DNA of 64,000 nucleotides from Eledone cirrhosa (GCA_964016885.1 CAXHJY010000165.1:1-64000), one strand, 5' to 3'. Shown: positions 25,668-39,403, numbered from the stretch's first letter. The notes: generated by a model not told the origin, from the letters alone. Numbers and translations are program-made.

Positions 25668-26321
25668 ATAATTGTTTCTACTTTAGGCAGAAGGCCAGCA
25701 AATACCCAGTGCATTACTGGTACTTTATTTTATCAACCCCGTAAGGATGAAAGGCGAAGTCAACCTCGGCGGGATTTGATGATAATAATGTTTTCTTATT
25801 TAGGCACAAGGCCAGCAATTTTGGGGGGAGGGAAAAGTCGATGAAATTGACCCCAGTACATTACTGGTACTTTATTTTATCGACCCCCGTAAGGATGCAA
25901 GGCAAAGTTAACCTTGGCGGGATTTGAACTCAGAAAGTAAAGAGCCCTAACTCTATGCTACAAAGCATGGTGTCCAAAGCTCCACTGATATAGGTAATCC
26001 ACTGCCTTTAATTAATAATAATAATAATAATTGTTTCTACTTTTTGCACAAGGCCAGCAATTACCCAGTGTATTACTGGTACTTTATTTTATCGACCCTG
26101 TAAGGATGAAAGACAAAGTTAACCTCGGCGGGATTTGAACTAATTATTTCTAGTATAGGCACAAGGCCAGTAATTTGGGGTGAGTGGAAAGTCGTTTAAA
26201 TCGACCCCAGTGCATTACTGATGCTTTATTTTATCAACCCCATAAGGATCAATGGCAAAGTTAACCGCAGCGAGATTTGAACTCAGAATGTAAAGAGCCG
26301 TTACTCTATGCTGCAAAGCAT
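25668..26321 (-). mobile_element. Cluster of four SINE family B copies/fragments
   Basis: Repeated ttactggtactttattttatcgacccc..aaggatgaaaggcaaag..cggcgggatttgaactc. Confidence 0.8.
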
Positions 26322-26577
26322 GTAATAATAATAATAATAATAATAATGGTTTCTGCGTATATATATATATATATATATATTGTAAATGTGGTTGGTGTTA
26401 TGAAGAGCATCCAGCCATAGAAAACCTGCCAGATACAGCCCTATACGAGTGAGACATGGTCACCCAACCAATCTTGCCTCAACTGAGACAATCCCGTCTA
26501 ACCCATGTGCTAGCGTGGAAGATGGATCTTAAATGAGGATGGTGATGATACACGCACAATCTATATATATATATATA

Positions 26578-26924
26578 TCATCATCATCATCATCATTTCA
26601 TTTTACGTCCGCTTTTTCCCTGCTTGCAAGGGTGGGACGGGAACTGATTCTGGCTTGATTTCTACAGCTGGATGCCCTTCCTAACACCAACCTCATTTAC
26701 AGTGAGTGCTGGGTGCTTTTTTGCCGTGGCACCTCCACGACCACTTTGCAGTGGAATGATAGGGAGCCCTGTCCCTATCATCTCATTTCTACAGCTGAGT
26801 AAACTGGAGCAATGTGAAATAAAGTGTCTTGCCCAAGGAAACAACACATCAGCCGGTCTGAGAATTGAACTCACAACCTTTCGATTGCAAGGCCAATGCT
26901 CTAACCACTAAGCCATGTGCCTCC
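26578..26924 (-). mobile_element. SINE family A, full length
   Basis: Complete head-to-tail match with (CAT)n tail. Confidence 0.92.
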
Positions 26925-27015
26925 ATATATATATATATATATATATATACCACCATATATATATATATATATATATACATGCATATATATATATATATAA
27001 ATATATATATACATG

Positions 27016-27047
<32 letters not shown>

Positions 27048-27054
27048 CATGCAT

Positions 27055-27085
<31 letters not shown>

Positions 27086-27208
27086 CATACATATATATAT
27101 ATATATATACACACACATGCATATATATATATATATATAAATATATATATATATGCATGTATACATACTGTATACATATATATATATATACACATGCATA
27201 CATACTGT

Positions 27209-27244
<36 letters not shown>

Positions 27245-27301
27245 GAATATATATATAATGTATATATATATATATATATATACATGAATATATATATAAT
27301 G

Positions 27302-27332
<31 letters not shown>

Positions 27333-27582
27333 ATATATATTCATGTATATATATATATATATATATATGTATACAGTATGTATGCATGTATATATATATA
27401 TATATATGTATACAGTATGTATACATGCATATATATGCATATATATGCATGTATACATACTGTATACATATATATATATATATATGTATGTATACATGCA
27501 TATATATGCATATATATGCATGTATACATACTGTATACATATATATATATATATATATACACATGCATACATACTGTATACA

Positions 27583-27620
<38 letters not shown>

Positions 27621-27717
27621 AAATCGATCGACTTTCGTCAAATCGGACCGAGGGAACAATGTTTCCGTTGGTCTTTCCAATTGCTAATACTATCTATCGG
27701 TCGCAACTCCAGGTAGA

Positions 27718-27838
27718 AGGAGCAACGTGAAATAAAGTGTCTTGCCCAAGGACATAACGCATCACCTGGTCCAGGAATCGAACTCACAACCTTATGATTG
27801 CGAATCCAATTCCCTAACCACTCAGCCACACGCCTTCA
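27718..27838 (-). mobile_element. Related tRNA-headed SINE 5' fragment
   Basis: Minus strand tggctgagtggtt..gttcgattcc..ccttgggcaagacactttatttcac. Confidence 0.7.
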
Positions 27839-28486
27839 CTGATATATATATATACATGCATATATATGTACATGTATATATATATATATCTTGTATTTTG
27901 TTATATAACTATTATACCATGTTGAGGTTTATTCTTTAACAGATTCTAACACATAGAAATGAAAAATAATTATTGATAATTATCTCAGCCATTATCCTCC
28001 TCCCCTGCTCCTCTAATGAATATATATGTATGTATATACATATATATATATGTGAGTGAGTGAGTGAGTGTGAGTATGATTTTTCTATTGATTTCTTTTT
28101 ATAGATTATTGCTGCCTTCCCTTTTTACAATTCTCCCTATCATTTGTTTTATGTAAAACACACTCTATTTATCAGTAATAGGTCTGTTATTTCTGTTCCA
28201 ATGGTTATCATCATCATCACCATCATCATCATCACCAATAATATCGTTTTTATCGCAATTATCATCTCCGCTTTCATTGTCATCTTAATCATCATAATAA
28301 CTCACATTATCATTAATGATTGGACATTTAGATAAGTATTAACACATTAAAACAACTTTGTATGATACAACCTTGATGGGTTTCAGGCTGTGTGATATCA
28401 AAGGGGTTGAAGGATCTGTCAATCAGAAACCAGAAAATGTTGTTTGGCTGAACAAACAAGGCTGATATCAAATATTTTGGTATCAA

Positions 28487-28728
28487 TCCTTATATCCTTA
28501 TCCCTTGCTCGTAGTTGAGACAGCAAGCACAACTTCACACCAACTATCTCTGTTTCCCATCAAGGTTTCTATGCCTTCTTCCTTGTCAATTCCAGTGTCT
28601 CCAGCTATGATATCCTAGTATCTGAACTTTCTGATAGAGGAGATATCGCACAACAAGAAGTCTAAAACGATCTCATCTTTTGCACAGTAGCAGTGACCAG
28701 CACACCATGTACGACATGCAAGCATTGT
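28487..28728 (-). mobile_element. Degenerate LINE (RTE-like) 3' fragment
   Basis: Minus-strand peptide DTGIDKEEGIETLMGNRDSWCEVV resembles RTE C-termini; ggataaggatataagga tail; flanked by tggtatcaa on both sides (possible TSD). Confidence 0.45.
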
Positions 28729-28754
28729 GGTATCAAAAGGGTTAACTTATCTGT

Positions 28755-29491
28755 TAATCAGAACATTGTTTGCCTGAACAACCACGGTTGATGTCAAACA
28801 GTTTGATATAAAAAGTGTTGATGGTCTGTTAATCAGACACTGTTGTTTAACTGAACAACCACGGTTGATGTCAAACAGTTTGATATAAAAAGTGTTGATG
28901 GTCTGTTAATCAGACACTGTTGTTTAACTGAACAACCACGGTTGATGTCAAACAGTTTGATATAAAAAGTGTTGATGGTCTGTTAATCAGACACTGTTGT
29001 TTAACTGAACAACCACGGTTGATGTCAAACAGTTTGATAAGAAATGTGTTGATGGTCTGTTAATCAGGCACTGTTGTTTAACTGAACAACCACGGTTGAT
29101 GTCAAACAGTTTGATATAAAAAGTGTTGATGGTCGGTTAATCAGGCACTGTTGTTTAACTGAACAACCACGGTTGATGTCAAACAGTTTGATATAACAAG
29201 TGTTGATGGTCTGTTAATCAGGCAATGTTGTTTAACTGAACAACCACGGTTGATGTCAAACAGTATGATATAAAAAGTGTTGATGGTCTGTTAATCAGGC
29301 ACTGTTGTTTAACTGAACAACCACGGTTGATGTCAAACAGTTTGATATAAAAAGTGTTGATGGTCTGTTAATCAGGCACTGTTGTTTAACTGAACAACCA
29401 CGGTTGATGTCAAACAGTTTGATATAAAAAGTGTTGATGGTCTGTTAATCAGGCAATGTTGTTTAACTGAACAACCACGGTTGATGTCAAA
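28755..29491. repeat. 77-bp tandem satellite, ~10 copies
   Basis: ccacggttgatgtc at 28782, 28859, 28936 ... ~29475; diverged units near 28370-28486 and 30175-30222. Confidence 0.95.
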
Positions 29492-29492
29492 T

Positions 29493-30177
29493 ATCATCAT
29501 CATCATCAGGTTTAGCGTCCGTGTTCCACGCTTGCATGGGTTTGGACGGGGGTTTTCCCACTTGAGGCAAGAGTGGTTGTCTTGCTCGCATAGGACTGTC
29601 TGGCGGGTTTTCTACAGTTGGATGCCCTTCCTAACACCAACCACATTTACAGTGTGGGGCTGGGAGGTTTTTACCGTGTTGCCTACACGGCCACATTACA
29701 GCGTGGACTGTCTGGCGGGTTTTCTACAGCTGGATGCCCTTCCTAACACCAACCACATTTACAGTGTGGGGCTGGGAGGTTTTTACCGTGTTGCCTACAC
29801 GGCCACATTTACAGCGTGGACTGTGTGTTTTTTTGTCGTGACACCTACACGATCTCATTTGTTTCGGCCTGGATGTTGTGGGACCAACATAACTTTACAT
29901 TGAAAGGGGCGGTGTGGATGGGGTGGAGGTGGTGGGACGGGGGGTGTTTTGATAGAGATGCCTACTGACTGTAGTAGGTTTTTACTTTGTATTTAGGTAA
30001 GGCGGGTCTTCTCTATTACTGAGTACCGCCAAAGGTCTCGGTCCAGTGACATTGTCTTGGAGAGGTGTAAGCGTGTGAGGTCGGAATTTATCAGCTCGTC
30101 CCATGTTTTTCTGGGTCTGCCTACTCCGTGGCTACCGTCTATCTTTATTGCCCTGCACTTTGTTATACAGCTGTCGT
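29493..30177 (-). mobile_element. Second RTE-family LINE 3' fragment inserted in the 77-bp satellite
   Basis: Minus strand 30177-29993 translates DDSCITKCRAIKIDGSHGVGRPRKTWDELINSDLTRLHLSKTMSLDRDLWRYSVIEKTRLT*, homologous to the C-terminus of the 17319 ORF; long downstream region ending in (GAT)n. Confidence 0.8.
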
Positions 30178-30359
30178 CAAACAGTTTGATATAAAAAGTG
30201 TTGAAGGATCTGTCAATCAGAAACTACTGCCAGGTTGGTTAATTCCTATTCCTTGCCATATTTCTACTACATCATGGCTTGCCTGGTGCTTGATAGTCTA
30301 AAAGACTGGTGACTATGAAAACCACAATGATGGCAAAACCATATTAATAATGGTTACTT

Positions 30360-31189
30360 ATTTAAGAAAAGGCCAACAATTTTGGGGGAGAGGAAAGTCA
30401 GTTATATTACTTCCAGTGCATTACAAGTACTTTATTTTATCGACCCTGTAAAAACGCAAGCAAAGGAAACCTTAGCAGGATTTGAAATCAGAACATAAAG
30501 GGCTGTAACTCTATGCCGCAAAGCTTGTTGTCCGATGTTCTATACTGATACTGCCTAAGCTATGCCCTTAATAACAAAATATTTTACTGAACAAGAAATC
30601 ACACACCAGTATCACCACTCTCTCTCTTTCACTCTCTCTCCCCCCCCCCCTCCCCTCCCCCCTCTCTCTCTCCCTCCCTTCCCCCCTCTCTCTCTATATA
30701 TATTATATTATATTATATTATATTATATTATATTATATTATATTATATTATATTATATTATTGGATTGGCAGTATCGGTAGAGGGTCGGGCACCATGCTT
30801 TCCAGCATAGTTACGTCCCTTTACGATCTGAGTTCAAATCCCGCCGAAGTTGACTTTGCCTTTCATCCTTACAGGGTCGATAAAATAAAGTACCAATAAT
30901 GCACTGGGTGCATTATTGCACTGGCCTTGTGCCTAAAGTAGAAACAATTATATATATATATATATATAATATATATATATATATATAAAATCTAAATTAT
31001 AATAAAGGAAGGACTGCATATGGTTTATTTATTTTTTTATCCCCTTTGTAAAATAAGTTGGATTACTTTGAATAAATAATTGTTTCTACTTTAGACACAA
31101 GGCCAGCAATTAACCATTACATTACTGGTACTTTATTTTATCGACCCCGTAAGGATGAAAGGCAAAGTTACCCTCGGCGGGATTTGAAC
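30360..31189. mobile_element. Three SINE family B copies (30360-30560 -, 30763-30950 +, 31077-31189 -)
   Basis: Family B body and tail motifs. Confidence 0.75.
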
Positions 31190-32407
31190 AATGAATGAAT
31201 ATTACATAATTTATCTACTAAATTTCGTAAACAAAAATAATTTCGTAAAAATAAATAATTTAAAATTGACTTCTTTTCAAAGTTGTACTTCCGGTATATC
31301 GTTGCCACCACCACTTCAACTACCATATATATATAGAAAGAGAGAGTGTATGATATCAACACTTCCGGTGGCGATCGCTTAAATAAACATACTAATTTTC
31401 TCCTAATGCAGTTTATATATAATATCGTCTTTTTTTAATGTATCATGGATTACGTTACTGATTACATAAGACAGTGCAACACAGTCTTCTTTCAATTTCT
31501 GTGTATATTGTCAATTACGATTTTATTTGATCATATCTACATGTATATATACTTGCATATAATATCAATATACACACTACACATGCTAGCAGAAAACCAC
31601 CCGAAAGTGGAGATGTTGCATAGGAGATTTATTGCTCAATCCTGGTTACAAGTTATTCTCAAGCAGCTGGCTTGTGATCTGGGTTGGCACCCCCAGACCA
31701 GACTCCAACAGTGGCTGATCCTCAGACCAGTGTTAACTCAACAAAAATCATATCAAATTTGTAGATGAACCAGCAAAAACAAACAAGCATATAGAATGAC
31801 CAAACACTGGCCTAGAATATAACAGATGCACCTATATTGAGCATTACAAGAAACAAAAACAAAATTATCAAAATACACTCTGCTCTGCATTGAGTTCTGA
31901 CTTTGGTTCTCTCTCCAGTTTTCTTCTGATTTACATCTATATATATAAGCATCTCTCCAGTTTTCTTCCGATTTACATCTATATATATAAGCATATAGAC
32001 AATATGCCCCCACCCCCTCTCACTGCAAAGTGGTCGTGTAGGTGCCACGGTAAAAAAGCACCCAGTACTGACTGGAAATAAGGTTGGTGTTAGGAAGGGC
32101 ATTGAGCTGTAATAAGTTCCCGTATGAGCAAGACAAAGTCACCCAACTTGGAATTGCCCACAACAGGACAACCCGTCTAACCCATGCTAGCATGGAAGAA
32201 TGGGCGTAAAACAGTGATGATGCTGATGATGATATATGTATGTGTATATATATATGTTCAATTTGTCAAGCTATTTAAACGTATGTTATTACTCTTATTG
32301 AGTGCTTTGCTAACTCATTCCTATTGTAGGTCGACTTTGCTAGCGCACAGCTAAAGCTTTGATTTTACTAAGCTTCCACTTGTATATATATATATATATA
32401 TATATAT

Positions 32408-32752
32408 CATCATTCATCATCATCATTTCATTTTACGTTCGCTTTTCCCTACTTGCAAGGGTAGGACAGGAACTGATTTTGGCTTGATTTCTACAGCTGG
32501 ATGCCCTTCCTAACACCAACCTCATTTACAGTGAGTACTGGGTGCTTTTTTGCCGTGGCACCTCCACGACCACTTTGCAGTGGAATGATATGGACCTTAT
32601 CACCTTATCATCTCATTTCTACAGCTGAGTAAACTGGAGCAATGTGAAATAAAGTGTCTTGCTCAAGGAAACAACACATCACCCGGTCTGAGAATTGAAC
32701 TCACAACCTTTCAATTGCAAGGCCAATGCTCTAACCACTAAGCCATGTGCCT
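32408..32752 (-). mobile_element. SINE family A
   Basis: Near-full match to the other copies. Confidence 0.9.
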
Positions 32753-32896
32753 ATATATATATAGACGTGTCCATTGAACCTGTGGGTCCAGAATCAGACA
32801 GATCCACACAATGATCGCGTCTCGAGCTGGCCGCCGGCGAAACAATTGTAACACACGATAAATTGAGTTCACATGCATCTCTAATTTTTCGTTTTC

Positions 32897-32931
<35 letters not shown>

Positions 32932-32935
<4 letters not shown>

Positions 32936-33513
32936 TATGTATGTATACGTACATACATATATGTATACAGACGTACAGTAGTATGTATATATATACATAC
33001 ATGCACACACATATATATGCACGTATCGGTTTACCGAACATTTATTATAATGCTCGGTTTGTTGTTTGTAAACAAACAAACAGCCCACTGCGCCCAGCCG
33101 ACTGAATTCACTCGATATGCAAATTAGGCTGCTCAGCAGTTAATATGCATAAGGAAAGTATATACTTTCAGACATTCAACCATCTGGCAGGAAGATATAC
33201 GATGCTGACGATAGCTAATAAGCTTGAAACTAGTACATCGTTCCTGTGTCAGTGTTGAACAAAAAGATGACGTGGTTGCCTAAACACTGTACGGCGTAAT
33301 CCAGGCTGTTTGTTTGTTTACAAATGAACAAACCGAGCATTATAATAAATGTTTGGTAAACCGATATGTGCATATATATATGTGTGTATGTATGTATATA
33401 TATACATACTACTGTACGTCTGTATACATATATGTATGTACGTATACATACTTACATTTAAGTAAGTGCTGTACTAAGAGTGAGAAATGAAATTTCGTTT
33501 CATTCTATTTCAT
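32932..33513 (+). mobile_element. Fold-back element: ~150-bp arms (32932-33085 / 33304-33454) plus right tail
   Basis: Arms are reverse complements; hammerhead in the spacer; tactta..taagtg hairpin at the tail start; (TA)n flanks. Confidence 0.65.
33199..33241 (+). ncRNA. Minimal type I hammerhead ribozyme motif
   Basis: acgatg-CTGACGA-t agct aata agct t-GAAA-CTAG-TA-catcgt; 6-bp perfect stem I, palindromic stem III, GUA triplet. Confidence 0.8.
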
Positions 33514-33868
33514 TTATATATATATAACCACAAAGTAAATGATAAAAATATGAGAATATATAAATAGGTGGAAGACATATCATTTATTTTTGGCTTTAGA
33601 ATATTACAACTAGTCAGTTTTCAGTTAGAATTTGACTACAAATATCAAATTTTAATGAAATAACCTTATCTGTGAAAATATTGTTTGTCTTCTCCAAATA
33701 TAAATATAAGAGAACTTTTAATAATACTTTATTTCAGTAGAAAACAATAATCAAATTTCATGAATATCCCTCTCATAAAATGTCTTTTGAACTTTCATAC
33801 ACAGATTCTTAAAATATTATTTAAACTAAGCAACTTTATTTGTTCCATTGCAAAGATCAGAGAGATAA

Positions 33869-33913
<45 letters not shown>

Positions 33914-33944
33914 ATATATAGAGAGAGAGAGATGTATATATGTG

Positions 33945-34010
<66 letters not shown>

Positions 34011-34699
34011 TGTATATATGTATGTGTGCATGCATATATATATATATATAGAGAGAGAGAGATATGTATGTATATATAGCTGTGTATGTGTGTAACTTTT
34101 TTTTCTTATTCTCATATATCTTGAACATTTTTATGCAATTTCTTAACTTACAGTCATTCTTAGTATTTATTTAATTCAAAATATTTATTGTGTATAAAAT
34201 AAATTCTATATTTATTAAACTTACCCCCCACTGTCCCATAGATAGACATCAGACAGATTTGTATTTTAATGAGCTATGTTGTTTCAAAATATTCACACAC
34301 ACACATGGATATATATATATATATATATATGTGTGTGTATATATATATATACATGCACAAACGCACACATACATGTATATACATATATGCTATACAGTCT
34401 TTTTCATTGCTTCTTTTACAAGGGTATGCGCATGAGTATATACATTCATACGTATATACACACATACATATACACACACACACACATACACATGTATGTA
34501 TGTATATATACACAGAGAGAGAGTGAGATGGAGGATGAGAAAAAGAAAGATGGTCGATTATTTGAATTCTTGAAGTATATTGTTTATGCAACGCTGCAAT
34601 ATTATTTTGAAGACAGCATAGAAAAAATTTACCTCAAATAGGAATAGAAAACGCAAAGAGATAGATTTTAGAAAGCATACATTTATCTTTCTGTTTGTC

Positions 34700-34734
<35 letters not shown>

Positions 34735-34878
34735 CACACTTGCATATATATATGCACATATATTTATAATTTATACACATGCATGTATATATATCTATAT
34801 CATCACCATTGTTTTTACGTCTGCTTTTCCACATCTATATATATGTATACATATACATATATATATATACACACATGT

Positions 34879-34929
<51 letters not shown>

Positions 34930-35071
34930 TATATATATATACACATACACATATAAGCATATTTATGCACCCACACATGTATATATATGCACATGTATTT
35001 ACATACACATATAGATACACCTGAGCACTGTACACAAAAATTTCATTATTATTATCATTTTATACACACAC

Positions 35072-35112
<41 letters not shown>

Positions 35113-35293
35113 TTGTGTGTGTGTCTATGTGTGTGTTTAATATTTATTCTTCATAGTGACTGTTTACTTCAAAATTTTGTCTGATACTGCTAATACATCA
35201 CTCTAAGTAAACACTTACCATTAATATTTAATATCCTATTCACTCTACAAATGGCATCGAGTCTTGCATTCTGTGCATGTTTAGAGTATTTAA

Positions 35294-35654
35294 CCCTTTA
35301 ATGTTCAAACCGGTCAAAACCGGCCAGAATTCTCTACCTTTTTCTGTTGAAACTGGCTGTAATTGGTCACTCAAACTGATGTTAAGGTATTGTTCTCAAA
35401 ATAAATACTTTGAAAATTTCATAGATTCGATATTATGTTAGATAATTATGCGAGGTAAAGCCTTTACCATGAAAATATAATAGTATATATATATATAGAG
35501 TAATTGTTTCTACTATTGGCACAAGGCCAGCAATTACCCAGTACATTACTGGTACTTTATTTTATCGATCCCGTAAGGATGAAAGGCAAAGTTAACCTCA
35601 GCGGGATTTGAACTCATATATATATATATATAGAGTAATGTGAATGCTAAAGGG
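35294..35654 (+). mobile_element. piggyBac-like MITE interrupted by a SINE B fragment (35500-35615)
   Basis: TTAA-ccctttaa...gctaaaggg-TTAA; atatatatagagtaat repeated on either side of the SINE. Confidence 0.75.
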
Positions 35655-35739
35655 TTAAATGAATATAAATCTACAAAACATGATTGTATCTCATAGAAGT
35701 GTGTCTGTGTGAATCTGTATATGTATGTGTGTATATTTC

Positions 35740-35778
<39 letters not shown>

Positions 35779-35780
35779 CA

Positions 35781-36064
35781 TGCCTTTCATCCTTACAGGG
35801 TCGATAAAATAAAGTACCAGTAATGTACTTGGTAATTTGCTGGCCTTGTGCCAAAAGTAGAAACAATTATCATTATCACCACAATTGGCAGTATCGGTAG
35901 AGGGTCGGATGCCATGCTTTGACGCATAGAGTTAGGGCCCTTGCCATTCTGAGTTCAAATCCCGCCGAGGTTAACTTTGCCTTTCATCCTTACGGGGTCG
36001 ATAAAATAAAGTACCAGTAATGCACTGAGTAATTGCTGGCCTTGTGCCAAACGTAGAAACAATT
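35781..36064 (+). mobile_element. SINE family B, partial plus full copy
   Basis: Family B motifs. Confidence 0.8.
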
Positions 36065-36330
36065 ATCACCACACTAGCATGGGTTAGACGAGTTGTCCTG
36101 TTGTGGGCAATGTCAGGTGATTATATATATATATATCATCACTGTTTGATGTCCATTTTCACACTAGCATGGTTTAGACAAGTTGTTCTGTGATGATGAT
36201 GATATATATATGTATGTATCATCATTATCACCATTTTATGTCCATTTTCACGCTAGTATGGGTTAGACAAGTTGTCCTGTTGTGGGAAATGCTAGCCAGG
36301 TGATGATATATACATATATATATATATATA

Positions 36331-36754
36331 TGTAGGAGGTGAGTTTTATTGTAGTACAATAAAGCAATGCAGATATCGGATAAGAAGCACTCTACAGTTT
36401 GTAGGACTGGAGTATACATAATATATAAGAACAAAAGATGGTTAAAAGAGTTCCATGTATTTTATTATGCGCTTTTCAAAAACAAATATCATCATGCAAT
36501 AATATTTGTGTTTTCATCAGATAAAACAGGAAGACATGATATGAAGGTTAAAAAACACTTGTGGATAGTGCAGTTTTGTTGATTTTGTTGATTTAAAACT
36601 GCACTATCCACAAGTGTTTTTTAACCTTCATATCATGTCTTCCTGTTTTATCTGATGAAAACACAAATATTATTGCATGATGATATTTGTTTTTGAAATG
36701 CGCATAATAAAATACATGGAACTCTTTTAAACATCTTTTGTTCTTATATATTAT
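36331..36754 (-). mobile_element. Fold-back element: 160-bp arms (36418-36577 / 36595-36754) plus left tail
   Basis: Near-perfect inverted repeat with 17-nt loop; tail on minus strand begins tactcc..agagtgc; (TA)n flanks. Confidence 0.7.
36645..36713 (+). ncRNA. Hammerhead ribozyme motif (mirror copy 36459-36527 on -)
   Basis: gttttat-CTGATGA-aa..acaaatat/atatttgt..tt-GAAA-TGCGCA-TA-ataaaat; palindromic stem III. Confidence 0.75.
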
Positions 36755-36989
36755 ATATATATATATATATATATCATCATCATCATTTTACATCCATTTT
36801 CACACTAGCATGGGGTAGACGAAGATGTGATGCTTGTTTCATGATTGATCAGCTGAAGGTTCAATTCGTGTCGATCAGGCCTAACTCTGGAATGAAAGCT
36901 CATCAGAGTTCGGATATTTGTATATATACAGGTATCTACCTGTTTTTGGTAGGTTCAATGACATTGTTAGAACTCCATGTAGTCTAGAA

Positions 36990-37297
36990 CAGTGCTACTC
37001 AAAGTGGTGGTCCGCGGACCGGTGCCGGAATGCGAGCCATCAGCTACTGGTATGTGGCCAGTGTCCAGGCCATGCTAAGGAATCATTTGAGGAATTTTTT
37101 TTATTACTTTTTAATATGTTTTGATATTGTATTATTTGTTTACAAAATAAATAGAAGATAAAAAGATGGTCAACTATTATTATATTCATTATAAATATCG
37201 TTTCCGGAATAAATTAATATTACTACGAAATATTAGCGGTACGTGGCACATTGAAAAAAATGGCGGTCCGCCACATCAGATAGTTTGAGAAGCACTG
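36990..37297. mobile_element. hAT/Charlie-like MITE
   Basis: TIRs cagtgctactcaaa / tttgagaagcactg; 8-bp TSD gtctagaa / gtctagat fits the NTCTAGAN Charlie target. Confidence 0.85.
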
Positions 37298-38132
37298 GTC
37301 TAGATGAAATAATTACAACCAGATCAGATGACAAGAGTTATTGTTTTTGTAGTAGGCTTTCGATTGCAAGGCCAATGCTCTAACCACTAAGCCATGTGCC
37401 TCCATATATATATATATATATATATATATGAATAAAGTGGTCCTTCATCAGTGATTTTCCAACCATCATCGGTATTTCATCGCTTTAAAGACAATATACC
37501 TCCGGTTGGTGCGAGCAACGGCTAAAGAAACTCATTGGGACACGTAAATAAAGGGAACAGCAAGAGTGTAAACAAACAAAGATGGTGAAGCAAGAAAAGT
37601 GAGGAAGAACGAGTCAAGTCCCAAATTTCCATGACTATAAGTTCGGTGAAATCGTGAACGAGAGAGAATAAAGACAATCAAACCTGGTTGAAATGTGAGC
37701 AAGGAAGGAATTCCACACAGGTCTAACGGGAGGAAGAAGGGGTCTAGTCCGTGAATTCGGTGAACATAAGTTCTGTGAAATCGTAGACGAGAGAGGGAAA
37801 AAAGGTGAACCAGCATGGCCAAGCGTGCAAAAGAAAAGAATTACGCACAGGTCAAACAGGAAGGAGGAGCAGGAGAGGTAGTAACAGAGAGTGAGTGAGT
37901 GAAGGGTGAGGAAGAGGCTAACAGAGAGAGTGACTGATAGAGAGGGTAAAGATACAGAGAAAGAGGAAGCAGTAAGAACGAAATAGACGGGTCACAGCGG
38001 GGGAAAAAATATGTGTAAATATGAGAATAAACGTGCTGCGTGGTTGCTAATGGGTTACATATGAACATATATATATATATGTGTGTGTGTGTGCATGTGT
38101 ATAGATGTGTGTGTGTGCATGTGTATAGATAT

Positions 38133-38898
38133 GTATGTATGCATGCATCCATGCATGTGTGTGTGTAAGTATGTGTCTGAAATTCTATCTCTTCACCTTA
38201 ATTATAAATATAATGATCCAATTATTTGCCACTCAATATATAAACTAATTTTTGGAACTATTCTTTCATAGAATTCATATATTAACTTTTACTTTTTCCC
38301 ATTCATATATTTTTCTTTGCCTTTTTCCTACATAAAGGTCTGTCCTCATAAAATCAGATGTATTTAATTGCTTTTTATTTTGTTGCTGGATAATTTTAGT
38401 GTTGAATCAGGTGTCTATTTCCTTAGATTATTCTAAATAGCAATCACTATTATTATAATTATTCACAAAGGGGTGAGCAAGTGACAAAGGATTTTGGGTG
38501 TTTCTGTAGAAAGAACTCATCCAAAACTATTGCTTCAACAACTGTTGTACATGTGATATTATTAAAGCTACTATCTCTACCCTCCAGCAGTGAATAATTA
38601 TAATAATAGTGATTGCTATTTAGAATAATCTACAGAAAGAGACACCTGATCCAACACTAAAATTATCCAGCAACAAAATAATAAGCAATTAAATACATTT
38701 TATGAGGACAGGCCTTCAGGTAAGAAAAAGGCAAAAAGTTAATATATGAATTCAATGAAAGAATAGTTCCAAAAGTTAGCTTATATATTGAGTGGCAAAT
38801 AATTGGATCATTATATTTATTAGTAAGGCAAAGAGATAGAATTTCAGACACATACTTACACACATGCACACATACATGCATGGATGCATGCATACATA

Positions 38899-38899
<1 letters not shown>
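38133..38899. repeat. Long diverged inverted repeat (~320-bp arms, ~123-bp spacer)
   Basis: 38133-38466 is the reverse complement of 38590-38899, with indels. Confidence 0.85.
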
Positions 38900-38934
<35 letters not shown>

Positions 38935-38965
38935 CTAGTCCGGGAGAAGCCATTTCTATATTATT

Positions 38966-39033
<68 letters not shown>

Positions 39034-39403
39034 TTCAGAAGAGATTGTTTTGGTAAAAAGAGGAGTAAGCAGGAGAAGGCTTTCAACAATTGTAGTTTTT
39101 AGTTATGATGGAGGTTTTATAAAAATAACAAAATAAGATGCTGAGGTTACATATATCGTTTAATCGTTATAATAATTATGATAATTATAATGATTAAACG
39201 ATATATGTAACCTCAGCATCTTATTTTGTTATTTGTATATATACACACATACTCTCACACACATACACGAGCAGTGTGGCAACATACTGTTACGTCCGTC
39301 TCTGGGTCAAAAGCATAGCAGACACTTTTTCCTTTTTGTTTTTTCTGCTTGTTTTCTTGCTTGTTTACCACCATTCCATTGGTATACATCTATTATGCAA
39401 TTT

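Noticed and set aside
28755-29491. Regular repeat array as possible CRISPR
   Set aside because: Contiguous 77-bp units with no variable spacers.
36836-36912. Minus-strand CTGATGA...GAAAC as a hammerhead
   Set aside because: No compatible stems I/III; the core is sequestered in an aactctg/cagagtt hairpin.
37430-38059. Possible solo LTR (AATAAA then ..gttaca end; diverged internal ~130-bp duplication)
   Set aside because: No matching TG start, TSD or second copy in the window.
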